From Candidatus Zixiibacteriota bacterium (lineage in GTDB: Bacteria; Zixibacteria; MSB-5A5; GN15; FEB-12): 64,000 nt of DNA. The number at the start of each line of letters is the position of its first letter. The stretch's first letter is position 1. Shown here piece by piece: positions 20,228-27,605 of this stretch. Both the position numbers and the translations under genes were made by a program. The DNA lies in NCBI GenBank assembly GCA_019038695.1, contig JAHOYZ010000028.1, forward strand, positions 12,492 through 76,491. Direction: 5' to 3'. Under the pieces are notes generated by a model. That model was not told the DNA's origin. It saw only the letters and a list, made by a program, of their open reading frames with translations, and searched no databases.

Positions 20228-21466
20228 CTATCCGAAGATGACACGCGCTATAAGCAGTTGCAAGTCGCTGATGGTCACCACGCCATCGCCGTCAAGGTCA
20301 CCCGATTCGATTGAATTGGGCGCCGGACCACCCAGGAAGAGATAGCTTACCATATATGTTAAATCGGCAATATTAACTTGGCCGTCGAGATTCAAGTCAC
20401 CCGAAATGTGACCAATGAGCGTGACATCGCCAAGAAACAGAAACGGCGAGCCATCATAGTACATGCCTGAAACTGTGTAGGTCTCGGACACGGTGTCCCA
20501 GAACGTCATGTAGCCAAGAATAAAGTCTCTCATCGGGCAGGTGATTTCCAGCACACCGCCGGTGAAGTCGGGATGCGAACCGAGGAGCGTTGTCGCAACC
20601 GGCGCAATGCCACCATTGATCTGCACCGTTGAGGGATCAATGTCAACGACCGTGTGCCCATCGGTAATATCCCCGACATAGATACTAGTCGTGAGCACGG
20701 GAACGGTATAAGCCTGGTAAGTGTGCATCGTGTCCGGATCGATCAGAGACACTCCGTTCGATCCGCAATTCCCTTCCAGAGAATTAAGTCCCTCTGACCA
20801 GAGCTCAAGGTTCCACGTAAAGCCAGCATCGTCAATAAGATCCAACCATTCTCCGTTGTAATTGTTGTACGTGGCGTTACTTCGCGGTGGAACAATAACA
20901 CCATCATCTACGACTACGTCCAGTAAGTCGAAACCGAGAGCGGTCGGAACCCAAAGTCCTGCATAGTAGGGTCCTGTCACACAGCATGGGTCGGGAAAAG
21001 GCAGACTCACGATGTAAGCCCCTGGGCTGGGGAAACTGACAGTGTACAGTGGCCCTGGGCATATCACATTACCTATGACGTCGGGGTCACCATAATCGAA
21101 CACGAGTGGCTGCATTTCAACGGTCAATGCCTGTTGCACGTGGACGGCCCAGTTGATGGCCGTAACTTCGAAGGGGTAGGTATTAAGGCATCCTGTCTCG
21201 ACCGGATCTTGATAGGCGGCGTAGTACTCCTCCCCGTATAACCACCCACCGACGAAGTAGGCTAGGCCGCCCTGCCACTCGCCGTCACAGAAGGCACGGT
21301 TGCCACCCTGGTCGGGCTGAATTAATTGGGGCGTGATGTTTACAGGTGTCGCGGTTAACGCAATGGCCTTCACTTGCTGTGGTTTTTCAATCGGGTCTGC
21401 CCAGGATGGTGCGATCAGGAGCACCAGCAGTCCCATGGCAACCAGGAGCGTAAAGGTTCGCTTCAT
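20228..21466 (-). CDS. Secreted protein with C-terminal dockerin-like domain
   Basis: AGGGAG RBS, MKRTF signal peptide; GDLNLDGQVNIADL and GDLDGDGVVTISDL duplicated Ca-binding repeats. Confidence 0.85.
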   Translation of the reverse strand: MKRTFTLLVAMGLLVLLIAPSWADPIEKPQQVKAIALTATPVNITPQLIQPDQGGNRAFCDGEWQGGLAYFVGGWLYGEEYYAAYQDPVETGCLNTYPFEVTAINWAVHVQQALTVEMQPLVFDYGDPDVIGNVICPGPLYTVSFPSPGAYIVSLPFPDPCCVTGPYYAGLWVPTALGFDLLDVVVDDGVIVPPRSNATYNNYNGEWLDLIDDAGFTWNLELWSEGLNSLEGNCGSNGVSLIDPDTMHTYQAYTVPVLTTSIYVGDITDGHTVVDIDPSTVQINGGIAPVATTLLGSHPDFTGGVLEITCPMRDFILGYMTFWDTVSETYTVSGMYYDGSPFLFLGDVTLIGHISGDLNLDGQVNIADLTYMVSYLFLGGPAPNSIESGDLDGDGVVTISDLQLLIARVIFG

Positions 21467-21737
21467 GACAATCTCCCTTCTGTGGATAAGTGAATATCGC
21501 AGTACAGACCTAATGTAGTCTATTTTGCCCTTGTCGTCAAAGCTTTTTGCAGTGTACGGAGGCACAGATGGAACTTTGTGAACGCACCGCTCCTTTTTGA
21601 ACCCGTCGTGTTTATAGCAAACGCATCAACGCCGATGAGATCGTCCCATACCTCTCAATTATTCCGATGTACTGCAGTACAACTAAATACGGGTCTGGGC
21701 GGGGATACGGTTGAGGAGATCGGAGCGAACAAGGAGG

Positions 21738-21812
21738 AGTTCTGTGTGTTGAACAGTTGGCGTTCTGCTAATGAACTGTATTGTAGTAGATTACGATAGA
21801 TGCGGGGTTGAC
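21738..21812. repeat. attL-like block abutting tRNA-Asp: inverted P arm, 25-bp palindrome, core
   Basis: AGTTCTGTGTGTTGAACAGT at 21738; TAAT-N17-ATTA at 21769-21793; AGTT-to-core distance 64 bp, as at 8152/8216. Confidence 0.75.
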
Positions 21813-21876
21813 GAGACTCGAACTCGCGGCCTCCTGCGTGACAGGCAGGCGTTCTAACCAACTGAACTACAACCCC
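21803..21876 (-). tRNA. trnD: tRNA-Asp (GTC)
   Basis: GGGGTTG/CAACCCC acceptor stem, CCTGC-CTGTCAC-GCAGG anticodon arm, GTTCGAG T-loop; CCA not encoded. Confidence 0.97.
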
Positions 21877-21950
21877 GTTATGGGTATATCCACTTATCGA
21901 CAATCTCTTGCCGATCCTTTGCCATCGCGCCTCGGGGTCACCCAAAATAC

Positions 21951-22024
21951 TGGGCGATACTGGATTCGAACCAGTGACCCCCTGCGTGTAAAGCAGGTGC
22001 TCTAACCAACTGAGCTAACCGCCC
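21951..22024 (-). tRNA. trnV: tRNA-Val (TAC)
   Basis: GGGCGGT/ATCGCCC acceptor stem, CCTGC-TTTACAC-GCAGG anticodon arm, GTTCGAA T-loop. Confidence 0.97.
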
Positions 22025-22140
22025 TTCACGACGCAACCGCATCGGCGAACAAGTATAGTCAAAGTCTCAAAAAAAGCAAGGCCAAATCCTGCCCTGACGG
22101 AAAACTTAGAAAAATGTCTCGGGGCAGTGGATTTTCGCCT

Positions 22141-22356
22141 CTAACCCTCGCGCACCGGAAGAACATGAATCGCCTTGACAACCAGCAGAACTTCGTCGCC
22201 GACTTTGAGGGCGAGGTCTTTGGCCGATTCGGTAGTCAAAACCGAGGCCATCTGGCAGGGCTCGGTGATATCAAACTTCACCAGCGACATTACATCACCT
22301 TCCTTCACCGACATCACCTTACCCTGGATACAATTGCGAGCGCCGTATTTCATCAC
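22141..22356 (-). CDS. Molybdate-binding TOBE (Mop/molbindin) protein
   Basis: GARNCIQGKV, SVLTTESAKDLAL, VVKAIHV; GGAGG RBS. Confidence 0.9.
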   Translation of the reverse strand: MMKYGARNCIQGKVMSVKEGDVMSLVKFDITEPCQMASVLTTESAKDLALKVGDEVLLVVKAIHVLPVREG

Positions 22357-22443
22357 CTACCTCCTCGTTTGATTACAGTCTACGCCCATATCGAAACAAC
22401 AGGCCACGCCTGTGTCAAGGTTTGACAGAACCCCAACACGAAC

Positions 22444-22471
22444 AAAAAAGGCGGAGCGTCCTTGCTCCGCC
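22444..22471 (-). terminator. Intrinsic terminator upstream of the mop gene
   Basis: GGCGGAGC-6-GCTCCGCC-TTTTTT on the minus strand. Confidence 0.7.
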
Positions 22472-22665
22472 ATACACCTGGGACTCTGCATACATGCAGG
22501 TATGTGCTTTCCCTAAACCCGGTAGTCCGGCCCTCCCATAGTGCCTACTAGTTAAACAATCCATTCCCCCGGTTGGTTCACTTCGTTTGGCTTTGTCCAT
22601 TATGTTGCATCACGCCAACGACTGACGCATAATGGACTAACTGATTTAAGATCGGAGGTTGTTCG

Positions 22666-23061
22666 ATGGCCAGCCCAACTATGGCAGTGGATATTGTAAT
22701 TGTCTATCCTGACGGCGACGTAGTACTCATTGAGCGCGGTGTGGAGCCATTCAAAGGCACTTGGGCGTTGCCCGGTGGAGGGGTTGAGATCGGAGAGACG
22801 GTTGAGCAGGCGGCAGTGCGGGAGGCCAAAGAGGAAACCGGTCTGGATATTCGGCTGGAATACCTGGTCGGAGTCTATTCTGATCCCGGGCGCGATCCCC
22901 GCGGTCACACCGTCTCGATTGTCTATCGTGCCATACCGATTGGAGGGGAACTATACGCCGATACCGATGCGGCTAAGGTGATCAAAACAAGTGATTATCT
23001 TAATATCTCGCTGGCTTTCGATCATGACCGGATTATCCGAGACGCTCTTGACGAGGGGTAG
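22666..23061 (+). CDS. NUDIX hydrolase (ADP-ribose pyrophosphatase-like)
   Basis: GGGVEIGETVEQAAVREAKEETGL Nudix box; RDPRGH. Confidence 0.92.
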   Translation: MASPTMAVDIVIVYPDGDVVLIERGVEPFKGTWALPGGGVEIGETVEQAAVREAKEETGLDIRLEYLVGVYSDPGRDPRGHTVSIVYRAIPIGGELYADTDAAKVIKTSDYLNISLAFDHDRIIRDALDEG

Positions 23062-23285
23062 ACTGCGATCATGTGGCGACAGCTTCCGTCCATGTTCACG
23101 TTCGGTGCGAAAGAGTCTTCGACAAGAAAACGTCCAGCCCATACACGCCTGGGACTCGCCACCGAAAAAATCGAACCCTTTTGCTAAAACTTTCGTCTGA
23201 TATAGTATGTGTTGTGGAGTACCAATGCGTCCAATTCGAGATTCAAGAACAATGTAAATAGACAAATCCAGTGGAGGTAACCGTC

Positions 23286-24830
23286 ATGGGAGACATGACC
23301 CGAAGAGATTTTGTCAGAGTAGGAGCACAGGGACTAGCTCTGGCCGCCATTCCTGTGGTCTTTAGAGTAAACCCCGCCGCCGCTTTTTCAGTCCCGGCTG
23401 GGGGAGACACGCGCTTGAGTACTTTCCTCGACCATTTTAGCGTAAGTGAAACCGACATTCGCCAGGTAATGGGAGTGGCTCTCGAACGGGGTGGAGATTT
23501 CTGTGACCTGTTTTTCGAACATCGCATCACCAACTGGGTCGGACTAGAGGATGAAGCTGTCAACCAAGCTTACAGTACTATTGATCTGGGACTTGGCATT
23601 CGTGTTTTGGAGGGCGACCAGTCAGGTTTCTCCTTTACCGAGGAACTCACTCTCCAAGCCATGAAGAGGGCTGCACGGACAGCGTCGAGGATTGCCAAAG
23701 AGACCGCCAATGCGGCTCCCGAAAAACTTGCATTCGCAGAGACGCCGGACTATCACGTCATAAAGCAGCCCTGGGAACAAGTAGGTATTGATCAAAAAAT
23801 ACCGTACCTCCAGAAGATCAACAGCAATATTCACAGCCTCGACAAAAGGATAATAAAGTCGCGGCTATGGTTTGGTGATCAGACTTCATATTGCATGATT
23901 GCGACCTCCGACGGCCTGATCGTGTGCGACTATCGACCCATGACCCAGATAGCCGCCTCGTGCACAGCCGAACAGGGCAACCAGCGCGAGAAGAACGGGT
24001 TCAGCCTTAGCGGTCGCCAGGATCTCAATTTCTACAGTCAGGTCAACATTGATCGTATCGCCAAAGAAGCCGTGGGACGTACGGTGCGTCTGTTCGACGC
24101 TGTCAAACCGGAAGCAGGCGAAATGGAAGTTGTTCTCGCGGCCGGCAACTCCGGTATTCTGCTCCACGAAGCGATTGGTCACGGTATGGAGGCTGATTTT
24201 AACCGTAAGGGGATTTCGATATTCGCTGACAAGATCAACAAAAAGGTGGCCGAGGACTTTGTTTCGATCGTCGATGACGGCACCTGTGAGCACGCCCGCG
24301 GCTCATTGAACGTCGATGATGAAGGCAACAATACCGAGAAGACTTTCCTCGTCGAAAACGGTATTCTCAAGAGCTACCTTCACGATAACATCAGCGCCAA
24401 ACATTATGGTGTTACTCCTACCGGCAACGGACGCCGGCAATCCTTCCGCTATCCACCCATGCCCCGCATGAGGTGTACTTATATGCTGCCGGGTCCGCAT
24501 ACCAAAGATGAGATTATCGCCAGTTGCAAAAAAGGCATTTACGCTGAGTCATTCAACAATGGTGAAGTCCACATCGGGGCCGGTGATTTCACCTTCTATG
24601 TCAATTCCGGTAACCTGATCGAGAACGGCAAACTGACCGCCCCGATCAAGGACATCAACATTATTGGCAATGGTCCGGAGGTTCTCCGCAACATTGTCAT
24701 GGTGGGTGATGATCCCAGGTTAGCCGAAGGTGGCGGTATGTGTGGTAAGAACGGTCAGGGAGTGCCCACTTCGATGGGACTACCGACGGCCAAAGTTTCG
24801 GCCATTACAGTGGGAGGTGTGTCCTCGTGA
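23286..24830 (+). CDS. tldD: TldD metalloprotease with Tat-like signal peptide
   Basis: LHEAIGHGMEAD and CGKNGQ motifs; N-terminal TRRDFVR; GGAGG RBS. Confidence 0.92.
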   Translation: MGDMTRRDFVRVGAQGLALAAIPVVFRVNPAAAFSVPAGGDTRLSTFLDHFSVSETDIRQVMGVALERGGDFCDLFFEHRITNWVGLEDEAVNQAYSTIDLGLGIRVLEGDQSGFSFTEELTLQAMKRAARTASRIAKETANAAPEKLAFAETPDYHVIKQPWEQVGIDQKIPYLQKINSNIHSLDKRIIKSRLWFGDQTSYCMIATSDGLIVCDYRPMTQIAASCTAEQGNQREKNGFSLSGRQDLNFYSQVNIDRIAKEAVGRTVRLFDAVKPEAGEMEVVLAAGNSGILLHEAIGHGMEADFNRKGISIFADKINKKVAEDFVSIVDDGTCEHARGSLNVDDEGNNTEKTFLVENGILKSYLHDNISAKHYGVTPTGNGRRQSFRYPPMPRMRCTYMLPGPHTKDEIIASCKKGIYAESFNNGEVHIGAGDFTFYVNSGNLIENGKLTAPIKDINIIGNGPEVLRNIVMVGDDPRLAEGGGMCGKNGQGVPTSMGLPTAKVSAITVGGVSS

Positions 24831-24890
24831 ACTTCGGAAAAAACAGACCGGAAAACAGGACACCACAAATGAGAAAACAAGGTTGGAATC

Positions 24891-26213
24891 ATGAATAGTA
24901 AGGAAAGACTGGCTCTGGCCCACTGGGTAGCCACAGAAGCCAATAAGAACGGTGCCGATGAGGCCGCCGTCAATCTCAGCAACTCTCGAGATGTGAGCGT
25001 ACAGTTTAGAGATCGTACGCTTGAAGAACTCAACGAATCGGTTCAGAACTCGCTTAGTCTCAGTATCTACGCCAACCATCGCTACTCGGCGCATACGACC
25101 AATGATCTCCGCAAGGAATCGTTGGAACGGTTTATTAGTGAAGCGGTGGCGATGACGAAGTATCTCAGCGAAGATGAGTTCCGCACCCTGCCCGACCCTA
25201 AACACTATACCGGTAGGGAGGATATCGACCTGCAGGTGTATGACGAAGCGTATGAGTCGGTCACTTCCGATGAAAGGATCAGGATCGCTACCGCGATTGA
25301 AGACGCCGCTCTGGGTCACAGCGACCGCCTTATCTCCTGCACCACCGGGTTCAACGATTCGCTTTATGAATCGGTTAAGGTGCACAGTAACGGCTTCGAG
25401 GGAGTACGTCGCGGGACCAGTTTTTCGGCCGGGGCCGAGGCAACCGTCAAAGGGGACGGGGACAATCGACCCGAGGATTGGGACTGGAGAACGGTTCGAT
25501 TCCTGAAGGACATGCCCGCTCCCGAGCAGCTCGGTATCAACGCCGTCAATCGCGCCCTGGGCAAACTCGGCCAGAAGAAGATCGAGTCCGGCACGTATGA
25601 CATGATTATCGAAAACCGAACTGCAGGACGATTCATCTATCCGCTCTATGGCCCCATGCAGGCGTCGTCTTTGCAGCAAAAAAACTCCTGGCTCGATGGC
25701 AAACAGGGCGAGAGAATAGCCTCCGACAAACTCACGATGATTGACGATCCCTTCATCAAGAGCGGCCTCGGTTCGAGGTTATTCGATGGTGATGGCATCG
25801 CTACAAAACAGCGTACTATCGTCGATAAAGGCATTCTGAAGTCCTACTATATCGACTGGTATTACGGTCGCAAGATGGGGCTGGAACCAACCGTCGGCTC
25901 ATCGACCAACCTGACTTTCGGATTGGGTAACCGCTCCCTTGACGAAATGGTGAAAGGCCTCGAGAGGGGCATCCTGGTGACCGGTTTTATCGGCGGCAAT
26001 TCCAATTCGCTCACCGGTGATTTCTCCTACGGCATCATGGGCAAACTGATCGAAAACGGTCAGGTCGTGCACCCGGTCAACGAGATGAACATCTCCGGAA
26101 TCCTGGTCGATATCTGGAATCAATTGGAGGAGATGGGCAACGACGAGTGGGTCTACTCTTCGTGGCGTCGCCCATCAATGTACTTCAAGGATGTTCAATT
26201 TAGCGGCATCTAA
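24891..26213 (+). CDS. pmbA: PmbA/TldE family protein
   Basis: Follows tldD; DDPF...FDGDG and TGDFSYG motifs. Confidence 0.9.
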   Translation: MNSKERLALAHWVATEANKNGADEAAVNLSNSRDVSVQFRDRTLEELNESVQNSLSLSIYANHRYSAHTTNDLRKESLERFISEAVAMTKYLSEDEFRTLPDPKHYTGREDIDLQVYDEAYESVTSDERIRIATAIEDAALGHSDRLISCTTGFNDSLYESVKVHSNGFEGVRRGTSFSAGAEATVKGDGDNRPEDWDWRTVRFLKDMPAPEQLGINAVNRALGKLGQKKIESGTYDMIIENRTAGRFIYPLYGPMQASSLQQKNSWLDGKQGERIASDKLTMIDDPFIKSGLGSRLFDGDGIATKQRTIVDKGILKSYYIDWYYGRKMGLEPTVGSSTNLTFGLGNRSLDEMVKGLERGILVTGFIGGNSNSLTGDFSYGIMGKLIENGQVVHPVNEMNISGILVDIWNQLEEMGNDEWVYSSWRRPSMYFKDVQFSGI

Positions 26214-26231
26214 CAGTTATCTGACAAAATC

Positions 26232-26264
26232 AACGCCAGTCCACAGATAGTGGGCTGGCGTTTT
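26232..26264 (+). terminator. Intrinsic terminator
   Basis: AACGCCAGTCCAC-5-GTGGGCTGGCGTT-TT. Confidence 0.75.
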
Positions 26265-26499
26265 CTTCTGATTCACCATTACCTGTCGCATTGGTCGTAA
26301 ATTTCCCTGGTCTTCCGGTTTAATTAGTCTTCCCTGATTGCCGAAGAGCGCGACATCAACTTTTCAAAATCCATCGCACCCAGCATCACCCCAATCCTGA
26401 AAAATCCAGACAAACATAAACAAACAATAATATCCTTGACATAACAGTATCAAATACCGATATTAGTCATAGAACCGAATAAAACAAGGATAGGTTGCT

Positions 26500-27309
26500 A
26501 TGAGCGATACCAAAAACTCGATACTCGACTATTTCCCCACGCTCCACAACACCGAGGAATATTTCACCAGGATTACCAACGAGGATGGGGCGACAGGGCG
26601 GATACTCAAACAGTACCTCATGCTGATATTGTTTGCCTTTCTCTATGGCGCAGTCATGGGTGGCTACCACAGCGCTCTTCAGGCGGTCGTGGCGGGAGGG
26701 AAAGTGGCCGTGTTGTTTACACTCGCGCTGATAATATGTTTTCCCGCCCTCTTCATTATCCAGTTCATTCTCGGGTCGCGGCTGCGGCTGTTGCAGATGG
26801 TGTCGATCATCCTGTCAGGGTTTGTGCTCACCTCGGCCATCATGGTTTCGTTCTCGCCGATTGTGATCATCTTCCTGCTCACCGGCAGCAACTACTATTT
26901 CCTGCAACTGCTGCACATCCTGATTTTCGTTCTGTCGGGGGCGTTCGGGATGAAAACCGTTGTCGATGCTTTGAAATTCTCCTGCGAGAAAAAATCAGTC
27001 TACCCTCAGACTGGTGTGGTGGTGTTTCGTTTCTGGGTTGTTATTCTGGCTTTTGTGGCGATTCAACTGGCCTGGAACCTGCGACCGTTCCTGGGTGATC
27101 GCGGCCAGCCGTTTGCGTTGTTCCGCGCCTACGAAGGGAATTTTTACACAGCCCTGATCTACTCAGCCCGACAACTCCTCGACGACATTGATCAACCACC
27201 CCAAACCTACTCCCCTTCGAGCGGCATGTATCGTCTTGACGATGGCACCGCGGCCGATACAACGCTACAATCGTTCGAGCGTGATTATCTGGGAGGCGAC
27301 ACACTGTGA
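26500..27309 (+). CDS. Conserved hypothetical membrane protein (about 5 TM, Yip1-like topology)
   Basis: Hydrophobic segments; QLAWNLRPFLG motif. Confidence 0.7.
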   Translation: MSDTKNSILDYFPTLHNTEEYFTRITNEDGATGRILKQYLMLILFAFLYGAVMGGYHSALQAVVAGGKVAVLFTLALIICFPALFIIQFILGSRLRLLQMVSIILSGFVLTSAIMVSFSPIVIIFLLTGSNYYFLQLLHILIFVLSGAFGMKTVVDALKFSCEKKSVYPQTGVVVFRFWVVILAFVAIQLAWNLRPFLGDRGQPFALFRAYEGNFYTALIYSARQLLDDIDQPPQTYSPSSGMYRLDDGTAADTTLQSFERDYLGGDTL

Positions 27310-27533
27310 AGACGGACATCATGACTCTCGAAGAAGTAGCTCGTTACCTGAAAGTCAAGCCGCAGACGATATATACCTGGGCGCAGGAGAAACGGATCCC
27401 AGCCGCGAAATTGGGCAAAGAGTGGCGGTTCAAGAGATCGCTCATTGATGAATGGTATCTTCAGCACATAGACGGTAAATTTGAAGCCGTAATCCAGAGC
27501 TGCCAGCAGAAGCAGACTAATGATGAGGAATAG
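27306..27533 (+). CDS. Excisionase-family (MerR-like) HTH DNA-binding protein
   Basis: MTLEEVARYLKV..TIY....IPAAKLGKEWRF; GTGA overlap with the upstream gene. Confidence 0.88.
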   Translation: MKTDIMTLEEVARYLKVKPQTIYTWAQEKRIPAAKLGKEWRFKRSLIDEWYLQHIDGKFEAVIQSCQQKQTNDEE

Positions 27534-27605
27534 TTAGACTACTGCGAGAGACTCGATGGAACAGAGCCCGTCACGGGAGCCTTCCGACTTCATACGGATT
27601 AACTG

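Larger units (their letters stand above)
2490..21812. mobile_element. Composite accessory region (island) attached to the tRNA-Asp 3' end, no recombinase seen
   Basis: About 20 co-oriented degenerate copies of the tRNA 3' end, mixed-orientation cargo and patchy AT content; near-identical blocks at 8190-8226 and 21777-21812. Confidence 0.7.

Noticed and set aside
2490-21812. Integron attC array
   Set aside because: Genes are in mixed orientation, there are no consistent RYYYAAC...GTTRRRY hairpins after stop codons, no intI, and the repeats match the tRNA 3' end
24780-25679. Long antisense ORFs (e.g. 299 aa here; also 32799-33419, 33774-34478, 42811-43488, 58846-59589)
   Set aside because: Shadow frames of well-supported genes on the opposite strand
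27306-27533. Prophage or ICE excisionase
   Set aside because: No integrase, phage genes or att sites nearby; coupled to a membrane gene
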